DNA of 55,162 nucleotides, from NCBI GenBank assembly GCA_964404005.1, contig CAYOIH010000002.1, forward strand, positions 1 to 55,162, written 5' to 3'. Source of the DNA: an uncultured Candidatus Saccharibacteria bacterium. Its GTDB lineage: Bacteria; Patescibacteriota; Minisyncoccia; Minisyncoccales; Staskawiczbacteraceae. Of the stretch, positions 31,741-38,854 are shown one piece after another. Numbering within the stretch: position 1 is the first letter of the stretch; every line of letters begins with the position of its first letter. Made by a program: the position numbers and the translations under genes. A model generated the notes under the pieces. The model had not been told where the DNA came from, did no database searches, and was given only the letters and a program-made list of their open reading frames with translations.

Positions 31741-33975
31741 TTATCTCTTTAAAAACCCTTTTTTGAGTTCTTTATTTTTTTCCGGCTGAAATCCCGCATC
31801 AATAGCAGATAAATTTATTCTGCCAAGCTCATCTACCGCCATTACTTTTACCGGAATTACGTCTCCTTCTTTTACAACGTCGAAAATGCTTTGTATTCTT
31901 TCTTTCACAAACTTTGAAATATGTACCATTCCGTCTGTGCCGGGCAATATTTCTACAAAAGCTCCAAAGTCCATAATTTTTACAACTTTTCCCTGGAATA
32001 CTTCGCCAACCCGAACCTCTCTTGTTATCCCCTTTATCCAGTCGACTGCTTTGTTCACTCCTACTTCATCGACTCCGGTAATAAATACCATTCCCGAATC
32101 TTCAACATCAACAGTGACTCCGCATTCTTCGATTATCTGATTTATCATTTTTCCTTTAGGCCCTATAACCTCGCCAATCTTGGCTGGGTCTATTTTTAGA
32201 GTAACTATTTTTGGAGCATAAGGCGACAGTGATTTTCTTGGTTCGGGAATCTCTTTCTTTATTATATCAAGTATTTTAAATCTTGCATCTTTTGCTCTGG
32301 CCATTGCCTCTTCCATAATTTTTTTGTCGATGCCGTCTATCTTAACATCCATTTGAATTGCAGTAATTCCATTTCGAGTTCCAGCCACTTTAAAATCCAT
32401 ATCTCCATAGTGATCTTCTGGGCCTTGAATGTCTGTTAAAACTTTATACTTTCCAGATTTTTCATCTTTTGCCAAACCAACTGAAATTCCGGCAACAGGT
32501 TCTTTAATCGGTACTCCTGCGTCCATTAACGCGATACATGCCGCACACACTGAGGCCTGTGAAGTTGAGCCGTTTGAAGAAACAACCTCAGAAACAATTC
32601 TGATTGTGTATGGAAATTTTTCCACATCCGGAAGTATCGGCAATAATGCTTTTTCAACCAAAGCTCCGTGTCCAATTTCTCTTCTTTTTGGCCCCCTCAT
32701 TGGGGCTGTTTCTCCTGATGAAAATGGCGGGAAATTGTAGTGGTGCAAAAATCTTTTCTTGCCCACAATTTCCATGCCCTCCAATATCTGCTGGTCGCCG
32801 GGCCCTCCCAAAGTTAAAATAGAAAGCACTCTTGTCAAACCTCTAAAAAACACACCCGATCCGTGGGCTCTGGGCAAGACCGCAACTTCGCAAGACAAAG
32901 CTCTTATCTCTTTAGAGTTTCTGCCATCGGGCCTGTAATCCTTTTCAATAATATTTTTGATAATTATTCTTTCAATCTCTTTTTCAAAATATGCTAATAC
33001 CTGTTTTTCTTTTCCTTCTCCGGGATGTTTTTCTGCCACATATTTTATCAACTCTTCTTTCAATATTTCTGTCGCGCCGAGATTTTTTTCTGTTTTTGGA
33101 GCACCATTTATTGCTTTTTCTAATTTGTCGCCCAAAAATTTTTTTATTTCACCGGCAATTTCCAGCTCAACAGCAGGCTCAAAAACATCTTTTGTTTTTC
33201 CTATTTTTTTTACCGCCTTAATCTGGACATCAATAATTTCTTTTAATTCTTTTTTGGCAACTTCATAGGCCTCCAAAACATCTTTTTCCTGCACTTCTTT
33301 AGCCCCCATTTCAATCATATTAACTAAAACTTCGCCATCCCCTTCGGCTCCGCTCAGGGCGGGCCTTTCTATAGCTGCCAAAGTTAAATCCATCGTACTT
33401 TCTTTTCTTTGCGTATAGTTTGAATTAAAAACCCACTCGCCGGGGTGCCCTTCGGGCCCCTTAGTTATTCTTATCGCTCCCATTGGTCCATTCCACGGAA
33501 TGTTTGAAGTTGCTAAAGCAAATGACGCTCCAATCATTCCTAAAATATCAGGGTCGTTTTTTCCATCCCAAGACAAGCAGGTAACAATAACTTGAACCTC
33601 TTTTTTAAAGTCTTTTGGAAACAGTGGTCTGATTGCCCTATCAATCATTCTTGCGGTTAAAATTGCTTCTTCTGTGGGTCTGGATTCTCTTTTCATAAAC
33701 CTTGAGCCAAATATTTTTCCTGCCGCATAAAACCTTTCCTCGTATTCAACAGTCAAAGGAAAATAATCTATGTCGGGTCTTGAAAATGGAGACAAAACAG
33801 CGGTTACTAAAACCTCTGTTTCTCCGCAACTAACCAAACAAGAACCAGAGGCTTGCTCGGTCCAGTTTGTAGTCTTAATTATGACGGGCTTTTCGCCCAC
33901 CTTTATCTCGAACGTATCTTTTACTGCCATATTATTAACCTTATTTAACAATTCATTTTCTACTGCAATTTTCAT
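31741..33975 (-). CDS. pnp: Polyribonucleotide nucleotidyltransferase (PNPase)
   Basis: Two RNase PH domains, KH (IGEVIGPKGKMINQI) and S1 (VGEVFQGKVVKIMDFGAFVEI). Start may be the internal Met MAVKDTF. Contains the in-frame element ALSGAEG. Confidence 0.95.
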   Translation of the reverse strand: MKIAVENELLNKVNNMAVKDTFEIKVGEKPVIIKTTNWTEQASGSCLVSCGETEVLVTAVLSPFSRPDIDYFPLTVEYEERFYAAGKIFGSRFMKRESRPTEEAILTARMIDRAIRPLFPKDFKKEVQVIVTCLSWDGKNDPDILGMIGASFALATSNIPWNGPMGAIRITKGPEGHPGEWVFNSNYTQRKESTMDLTLAAIERPALSGAEGDGEVLVNMIEMGAKEVQEKDVLEAYEVAKKELKEIIDVQIKAVKKIGKTKDVFEPAVELEIAGEIKKFLGDKLEKAINGAPKTEKNLGATEILKEELIKYVAEKHPGEGKEKQVLAYFEKEIERIIIKNIIEKDYRPDGRNSKEIRALSCEVAVLPRAHGSGVFFRGLTRVLSILTLGGPGDQQILEGMEIVGKKRFLHHYNFPPFSSGETAPMRGPKRREIGHGALVEKALLPILPDVEKFPYTIRIVSEVVSSNGSTSQASVCAACIALMDAGVPIKEPVAGISVGLAKDEKSGKYKVLTDIQGPEDHYGDMDFKVAGTRNGITAIQMDVKIDGIDKKIMEEAMARAKDARFKILDIIKKEIPEPRKSLSPYAPKIVTLKIDPAKIGEVIGPKGKMINQIIEECGVTVDVEDSGMVFITGVDEVGVNKAVDWIKGITREVRVGEVFQGKVVKIMDFGAFVEILPGTDGMVHISKFVKERIQSIFDVVKEGDVIPVKVMAVDELGRINLSAIDAGFQPEKNKELKKGFLKR

Positions 33976-34127
33976 CTTTGAACTGCAAATTTATAATTAT
34001 TCGTCGGCGTAGCCGTTGGCTACAACCTCCTTATAATTCTAAATTTTCGTTTGCAAATCTGAAACTTTCGCTACGAAAAGAATTATTAACTAAGGTTTTT
34101 TGCGAGCCGTATCAAGATACGAAATAT

Positions 34128-34181
34128 CATACCGATTACACCAATGCTTCGACCTTGCTCAGCATTAGTATGATTGGTATG
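34128..34181 (-). promoter_or_regulatory. Long imperfect hairpin in the pnp 5' leader (candidate RNase III-type autoregulatory stem)
   Basis: 21-bp arms (34128-34148 / 34161-34181) with 2 mismatches. The two remaining non-Watson-Crick positions are G-U on the minus-strand transcript but C-A on the plus strand, arguing for function as minus-strand RNA. The loop tcgaccttgctc resembles the GC-rich element core. Confidence 0.5.
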
Positions 34182-34249
34182 TTATTTGTATATCGCTACA
34201 ACTCCTATTATTATTTTTTATTCTTTACTTTTTTAATAAAAATTTTGAT

Positions 34250-34825
34250 TTATATTAATGTTTTTGGCATAAATTCCAATACTTCTGAATTTCTGATAAG
34301 AATTGTGCGATTGGTTGTAAAAGTTAATCCTTTGTTGGGGGAATTTTCAAAACCAAGGTAAATGCGTTTTATTTTTCTTTTTTCTAATTCTTTTATTGCC
34401 GGCTGAAGGTCGGAATCGGAGCTTGCGATAATAGCCGTATTTAACGTTTGGTCACAGGCAAGAGAAACCATATCAACCGCAATTCTGACATCGACACCTT
34501 TTTCCCTGAATAATAGAAATTTATGTCCTTTTGGACAGCCTGCCTCGTTTCCTCTTACGTGTCCAGCATAAATTACCTCAAATTCTTGCTTTTCCAAATT
34601 AGTTTTCAATAATCTTTGTTTTTGTATAAGTTCTGCAGATTTTTCTTTTGTTTCATTATGATTTATAATTCTTCCTATGTAAAATATTTTTTTATCCACT
34701 TTTATTCCCGACAACACTTTATTTAACAAACCCGCAAAATTATAAGTGGATAAATCAACATCTTTTTTAATTGCTTCAATTTTGCTGATAAAGTTACGTC
34801 CATCTATAAAAAGTATTGTTTGCAT
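34250..34825 (-). CDS. NYN-domain (LabA/DUF88-like, PIN-like fold) protein
   Basis: ILFIDGRNF..., GVDVRIAVDM, AIIASSDSDLQPAIKELEKRKIKRIYL are characteristic NYN acidic motifs. Confidence 0.8.
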   Translation of the reverse strand: MQTILFIDGRNFISKIEAIKKDVDLSTYNFAGLLNKVLSGIKVDKKIFYIGRIINHNETKEKSAELIQKQRLLKTNLEKQEFEVIYAGHVRGNEAGCPKGHKFLLFREKGVDVRIAVDMVSLACDQTLNTAIIASSDSDLQPAIKELEKRKIKRIYLGFENSPNKGLTFTTNRTILIRNSEVLEFMPKTLI

Positions 34826-34828
34826 AAA

Positions 34829-34862
34829 TTAAAACCCCAGCGGACCTTGCGGCTGGCTGGGG
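34829..34862 (-). terminator. Hairpin + U-run abutting the start codon of NYN gene 34250-34825
   Basis: The minus strand reads ccccagc-cagccgcaaggtccg-ctgggg-tttt. It lies downstream of NYN gene 34917-35420 and ends 5 nt before the next ATG. Confidence 0.5.
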
Positions 34863-34916
34863 CGTTGCTAAATTAATGTTAGCATACTATACGCCCGTGT
34901 CAATAGCAAGGTTAAT

Positions 34917-35420
34917 TTATTTTTTTAATAAAAATTTGGGGAGGCCTTCGTCTAAATCAATAAACTCGTCGGCGACTTCTTTTAATCTTGCGGAAGTTGT
35001 TCTGCCAAATGCCATTACTTCAATTCTTTTCCCCTGGTTCTTTAGATATTCAACCAAAGCGATAAAATCTCCATCTCCCGAAACCAAAACAATCACATCT
35101 AATCCCGGTGCGGTTCTGATGGCGTCGATTACAATTCCAACATCCCAGTCGGCTTTTTTGGCTCCGCCATACCATTCTTGTAAATCTCTAACCCTTGTTT
35201 CAATTCCAATTTTTGATAATGCATCAAAAAACGGCGCTTCTTCGCCGGTTTTTGTCCTAACCACATAACCAAAAGCCCTGATGAATTTTCTTCCTGCCAC
35301 TGCTTGTTTTAAAACCTCCTGGTAATTAACTCGTGAATGATAAAGGTTTTTTGCAGAGTGATATAAATTCTGTACATCTATTAATACTTCTACTCGTTGT
35401 TCTTTTGGTTTTGGCTGCAT
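34917..35420 (-). CDS. NYN-domain (LabA-like) protein
   Basis: EVLIDVQNLYHSAK, DWDVGIVIDA, VIVLVSGDGDFIALVEYLKNQGKRIEVMAF. The stop of rpsO is 1 nt upstream. Confidence 0.82.
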   Translation of the reverse strand: MQPKPKEQRVEVLIDVQNLYHSAKNLYHSRVNYQEVLKQAVAGRKFIRAFGYVVRTKTGEEAPFFDALSKIGIETRVRDLQEWYGGAKKADWDVGIVIDAIRTAPGLDVIVLVSGDGDFIALVEYLKNQGKRIEVMAFGRTTSARLKEVADEFIDLDEGLPKFLLKK

Positions 35421-35421
35421 T

Positions 35422-35691
35422 TTATTTTTTCAAGCCGATTTTTTTGATTATGGCTAAGTACTTCTTTTCAGAAGCTTTTTTTAAATAAGCCAGCAATTTT
35501 TTTCTTTGTATAACCATTTTAATCAAGCCCCTCTTTGAGTGGACGTCTTGCGGGTGTTTTTTTAAATGCAAAACCAGCTTATCTATTTGTTTTGACAATA
35601 AGGCAATTTGCACATCGGCAGAGCCGGTGTCTTTTTCGTCTTCCGCGACATCCTTTATTATTTTTATTTTCTCTTTGGTAGTTAAAGCCAT
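35422..35691 (-). CDS. rpsO: 30S ribosomal protein S15
   Basis: 89 aa; HPQDVHSKRGLIKMVIQRKKLLAYLKK is the S15 signature. Confidence 0.95.
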   Translation of the reverse strand: MALTTKEKIKIIKDVAEDEKDTGSADVQIALLSKQIDKLVLHLKKHPQDVHSKRGLIKMVIQRKKLLAYLKKASEKKYLAIIKKIGLKK

Positions 35692-35778
35692 TTTCTATAA
35701 ATATGAAAGCGCTTCCGGCGCCCTCGTTAATCGTTTAATAATATGTATAATATACTCTATTTTTGTTTTTTTGTAAAG

Positions 35779-35849
35779 TGCCCCTACTCAGAATCGGACT
35801 GAGATAGGCTGCTTAAGAGGCAGCTACTTTACCATTAAGTTATAGGGGC
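35779..35849 (-). tRNA. tRNA-Lys (anticodon CUU), no encoded CCA
   Basis: Hand fold: acceptor gccccta/taggggc, D arm actt-aatggta-aagt, anticodon arm gctgc-ctCTTaa-gcagc, T arm ctcag-tccgatt-ctgag, discriminator A. Confidence 0.8.
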
Positions 35850-35871
35850 AAAATTTAGCTACGGGGGTAAA

Positions 35872-36294
35872 TTAAAATAGTGAGGTTAGCTTATAAATAT
35901 AGCTGATAGGAGTGGCCCCTATTGCGCCCAAGATAAAATTGATTATCGCTTTTGAGCCCAAAGCCAGGACCAAACCGATAATTCCAGCCCAAAGAATTTT
36001 TTTGCCAAGGCCAAACCAGCCGGGGTCGCCCGCAGAAATCATCATAAAAATCGCTCCGACTAAAATTGCTATTGTTGCCAGCGGTGCAGCTATATATTTT
36101 ACGATGAAGTCGTAAATTTTTATAATCATAGTAAAAAAATCTGTTAATTTGCACGCATCACTTCCGTCTGACGCGCAACCACAATTTACTATTCCGCTTC
36201 CATCTCCGCAAGCAGCTCTTACAGAAAATGGAATAAAAATTACTGATAATAAACAAAATATAACTACTGTAAAAAATATTTTTTTAGTGTTCAT
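35872..36294 (-). CDS. Stand-alone VirB2/TrbC-like T4SS pilin-family protein (140 aa)
   Basis: Start placed at MNTKKIFF (36294); the listed longer ORF runs through tRNA genes. Signal peptide, Cys-containing segment CGDGSGIVNCGCASDGSDAC, then two TM helices separated by ISAGDPGWFGLGKK, as in the N-terminal modules of genes 12678-19123. Confidence 0.7.
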   Translation of the reverse strand: MNTKKIFFTVVIFCLLSVIFIPFSVRAACGDGSGIVNCGCASDGSDACKLTDFFTMIIKIYDFIVKYIAAPLATIAILVGAIFMMISAGDPGWFGLGKKILWAGIIGLVLALGSKAIINFILGAIGATPISYIYKLTSLF

Positions 36295-36308
36295 ATATAT
36301 AGGCCTTG

Positions 36309-36368
36309 TGCCCTCGGCAGGACTCGAACCTGCAGACCCTTGGTTCGAAGCCAAGTATGATATCTTCA
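36309..36368 (-). pseudogene. tRNA-Arg(UCG)-like 3' three-quarter molecule lacking a contiguous 5' acceptor/D strand
   Basis: The minus strand reads tgaagata-tcat-a-cttgg-ctTCGaa-ccaag-ggtct-gcagg-ttcgagt-cctgc-cgagggc-a. The anticodon arm, T arm and 3' acceptor strand are canonical. The preceding sequence is the right arm of the 17-bp inverted repeat, not a 5' acceptor strand. Confidence 0.55.
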
Positions 36369-36479
36369 CCCCCACACCAAAGTTTTTTGTGCCCCCAGGA
36401 AGATTCGAACTCCCAACTTTTGGTTCGAAGCCAAATATGATATCCATTTCACTATGGGGGCGAAACTTTGGTGTGGGGG
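36369..36479. repeat. Perfect 17-bp inverted repeat bracketing tRNA-Arg
   Basis: cccccacaccaaagttt (36369-36385) and aaactttggtgtggggg (36463-36479); 4 nt and 1 nt separate the arms from the enclosed tRNA. Confidence 0.9.
36390..36461 (-). tRNA. tRNA-Arg (anticodon UCG), no encoded CCA
   Basis: Hand fold: acceptor gccccca/tgggggc, U8, D arm gtga-aatggata-tcat, anticodon arm tttgg-ctTCGaa-ccaaa, T arm gggag-ttcgaat-cttcc, discriminator A. Confidence 0.85.
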
Positions 36480-36546
36480 CAAGCTTTCACCACGGGCACA
36501 CAATAATTAAAGATGTTAATAATTTATGCTTATTTTACCTAAAAAA

Positions 36547-36575
36547 TTGAAAAAACACAAGTTTTAAGCTAATAT
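36547..36575 (+). promoter_or_regulatory. Putative cca promoter (TTGAAA-17-TAATAT), -10 ends 8 nt before ATG (near-leaderless)
   Basis: ttgaaa (36547-36552), 17-nt spacer, taatat (36570-36575), ATG at 36584; no SD. Confidence 0.45.
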
Positions 36576-36583
36576 GTTTATAT

Positions 36584-38053
36584 ATGGTAATTCCTAAAGA
36601 AGTAAAATTAATTATTGAAAAACTACATAAAAGCAGCCTGCCTGCCGGCAGGCAGGGTTTTGAGGCGTATATCGTGGGCGGATGCGTACGCGATTTTTTG
36701 CTGGAAAAGGAGCCAAACGACTGGGACGTTACAACTAATGCAAAACCCGAAGAAATTCAAAAAGTTTTTCCAGACAGTTTTTATGAAAATAATTTTTTGA
36801 CTGTTACCACCAGAACAGAGAGCAAAAATCCAAAGTTATCGGAAGTCGAAATTACAACTTATAGATTTGAGGCAAAGTATTCTGACAAAAGGCATCCAGA
36901 TGAAGTAAAATATGCAAAAACTTTACAGGAAGATTTGAGCCGTCGTGATTTTACCGTGAACGCAATGGCCATGGACGGGGAAAAAAAGCTTGTAGACCTG
37001 TTTGAAGGACAGAAAGACTTAAAAAATAAAATAATCAGAACTGTTGGAAATCCGGAAGAAAGGTTTAATGAAGATGCTTTGAGAATGTTAAGAGCTGTAA
37101 GATTTGCTACAACTCTGGGATTTGAAATTGAAGGAAGAACGGCAGAAGCAATTAAAAAAAATAGCGTTTGGTTAGAAGCAATTTCAAAAGAAAGAATAAG
37201 AGATGAATTTGTAAAAATAATTATGGCAGATAACGCGGCTGACGGAATAGAATTGCTTAGAGAATTAGGGCTGTTAAAATACATTGTGCCAGAATTGCTG
37301 GATAATTACGGAATTGCGCAAAATAAGCATCATATATATGACTGCTACTGGCACGCAGTAAAATCTTTAGAGTATACAGCAAAGAAAAATTTTAATATGT
37401 ATGTTAGGGTTGCTGCCCTACTCCACGACATTGCTAAGCCAAGAGTAAAAGTAGGAGAAGGCGAAGAAGCAACCTTTTACAATCATGAAATTGTGGGAGC
37501 CAAAATAACTTTCCAGATTTTGAACCGTTTAAAATTTTCCAAAAAAGAAGTTGAAAAAATTACAAAGCTTGTAAGATATCATTTGTTTTACTACAATGTG
37601 GACGAGGTGGGAGAATCGTCTGTAAGAAGGCTGGTTAGAAATATGGGTCCGGAAAACATGGAAGAACTTTTGCAGGTAAGACAGGCAGACAGAATTGGAT
37701 CTGGTGTTCCCAAAGCCGAGCCATATAAATTGAGACACTTAAAATATCTGATTGATAAAGTTTCTCAAGACCCTATTTCAGCTAAAATGCTGAAGGTTAA
37801 CGGAAGCGATATAATAGAACTGTTAAAAATAAAGCCCGGGCCAAGAATCGGCTATATTTTAGATGTGCTTCTGGGGTATGTTTTGGACGACCCTAAAAAA
37901 AATACCAAAGAATTTTTAGAAGGCGAAGTTAAAAAACTGGGAGAACTGTCAGATGCAGAACTTGCAAAGTTAGCTGAAAAAGCAGAGAATGACGTCCAAG
38001 ACTTAGAAACAAAAAAAGACGAAATGACAAAGCAAAAATATTGGGTTAAGTAA
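36584..38053 (+). CDS. cca: CCA-adding tRNA nucleotidyltransferase with HD domain
   Basis: GGCVRDFLL, DWDV, RRDFTVNAMA (PolyA_pol head) and HD domain LLHDIAKP. None of the tRNA genes in the window encodes CCA. Carries a 20-nt perfect palindrome in frame near the N-terminus. Confidence 0.92.
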   Translation: MVIPKEVKLIIEKLHKSSLPAGRQGFEAYIVGGCVRDFLLEKEPNDWDVTTNAKPEEIQKVFPDSFYENNFLTVTTRTESKNPKLSEVEITTYRFEAKYSDKRHPDEVKYAKTLQEDLSRRDFTVNAMAMDGEKKLVDLFEGQKDLKNKIIRTVGNPEERFNEDALRMLRAVRFATTLGFEIEGRTAEAIKKNSVWLEAISKERIRDEFVKIIMADNAADGIELLRELGLLKYIVPELLDNYGIAQNKHHIYDCYWHAVKSLEYTAKKNFNMYVRVAALLHDIAKPRVKVGEGEEATFYNHEIVGAKITFQILNRLKFSKKEVEKITKLVRYHLFYYNVDEVGESSVRRLVRNMGPENMEELLQVRQADRIGSGVPKAEPYKLRHLKYLIDKVSQDPISAKMLKVNGSDIIELLKIKPGPRIGYILDVLLGYVLDDPKKNTKEFLEGEVKKLGELSDAELAKLAEKAENDVQDLETKKDEMTKQKYWVK

Positions 38054-38057
38054 AAAA

Positions 38058-38128
38058 CGGGGTATAGTGTAACAGTAGCACGAGTCGTTCGGGACGATTT
38101 AGCCTGGGTGCAAATCCCAGTACCCCGA
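38058..38128 (+). tRNA. tRNA-Pro (anticodon CGG)
   Basis: Hand fold: acceptor cggggta/taccccg, U8, D arm gtgt-aacagta-gcac, anticodon arm agtcg-ttCGGga-cgatt (G37), T arm ctggg-tgcaaat-cccag, discriminator A. Confidence 0.8.
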
Positions 38129-38161
38129 CAAAATATTATTATTTATTTTTTTATATTTATT

Positions 38162-38386
38162 ATGAGCAAACTTTCATTACTCGCCGAACTAATAGTAGGT
38201 TTAGCAATTATTTTTTTTGTACCAAGGTGTATAAAATGGATGATTGATTTTAGAAAAAAGAGCAACTCGCAAATTTTAAAGTTTGCAATTAATTACTGGC
38301 AGTGGGTGTTAGACAAGAAGGTTTTGCAATTGCTTGGTATAGTGTGGATTGTTTTAAGTATAATTATTTTTTTAGTACAAAAATAA
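38162..38386 (+). CDS. Small two-TM membrane protein (74 aa), hypothetical
   Basis: The ATG at 38162 avoids overlap with tRNA-Pro. The hydrophobic segments are LLAELIVGLAIIFFV and LLGIVWIVLSIIIFLV. No other support. Confidence 0.4.
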   Translation: MSKLSLLAELIVGLAIIFFVPRCIKWMIDFRKKSNSQILKFAINYWQWVLDKKVLQLLGIVWIVLSIIIFLVQK

Positions 38387-38391
38387 ATTTT

Positions 38392-38462
38392 GGGCCTGTA
38401 GTAAAGTGGTATTACGCGGCATTCGCATTGCTGAAGCGCGAGTTCGATTCTCGCCAGGTCCA
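38392..38462 (+). tRNA. tRNA-Ala (anticodon CGC)
   Basis: Hand fold: acceptor gggcctg/caggtcc with the G3:U70 alanine identity pair, D arm gtaa-agtggta-ttac, anticodon arm cggca-ttCGCat-tgctg, T arm gcgag-ttcgatt-ctcgc. Confidence 0.88.
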
Positions 38463-38479
38463 CAATTCAATCATTCTAA

Positions 38480-38854
38480 ATGACCTCTTTTTTATTTAAG
38501 AAGAAAAGTAAAATTCACGGCATTGGCATTTTTTCTAAAAAAGAAATAGAAAAAAGTTCGGCGTTTTATGTTGTTCCAGCAAAAAATATTTTAGATAAGC
38601 CAAAATCAAGGTGCGCCCACATCGGAAAAAATAGGTGGATTTCTGATAAAAAAGTTTTGAATTTTATTAATCACTCGTGCAACCCAAATTCAATTTTGGA
38701 TACAAAAAAAGAGCCAAAACTCGTTGCTAAAAGGAAAATTAAAATTGGCGAGGAGATAACCGTGGATTATAACAAAACCGAAAAAGGCGGCAAAAAAATT
38801 TCATGCAATTGTGTGGAGGAAAATTGTAAAAAGTATTTTTTAAGAATTGAATAA
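38480..38854 (+). CDS. SET-domain protein (putative lysine methyltransferase)
   Basis: NHSCNPN and GEEITVDYN motifs, plus a Cys cluster CNCVEENC (post-SET-like). Confidence 0.8.
   Translation: MTSFLFKKKSKIHGIGIFSKKEIEKSSAFYVVPAKNILDKPKSRCAHIGKNRWISDKKVLNFINHSCNPNSILDTKKEPKLVAKRKIKIGEEITVDYNKTEKGGKKISCNCVEENCKKYFLRIE

Noticed and set aside
33978-34361. 127-aa plus-strand ORF in the pnp-NYN intergenic region.
   Set aside because: It starts inside the pnp leader, overlaps the NYN gene in antisense, and is an AT-rich low-complexity translation. The region is better explained as a 5' leader with RNA structure.
36390-36461. Plus-strand reading of the tRNA-Arg locus. The ttcgaa palindromes make the anticodon loop and T-loop look interchangeable.
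   Set aside because: On the plus strand the acceptor strand is followed directly by the would-be anticodon stem with no D arm. Only the minus-strand cloverleaf is complete.
35872-36550. Listed ORFs 35872-36447 (191 aa, minus) and 36149-36550 (133 aa, plus) extending across the tRNA-Arg locus.
   Set aside because: The extensions are translations of tRNA genes and the inverted repeat. The minus-strand gene is retained only from the internal Met at 36294.
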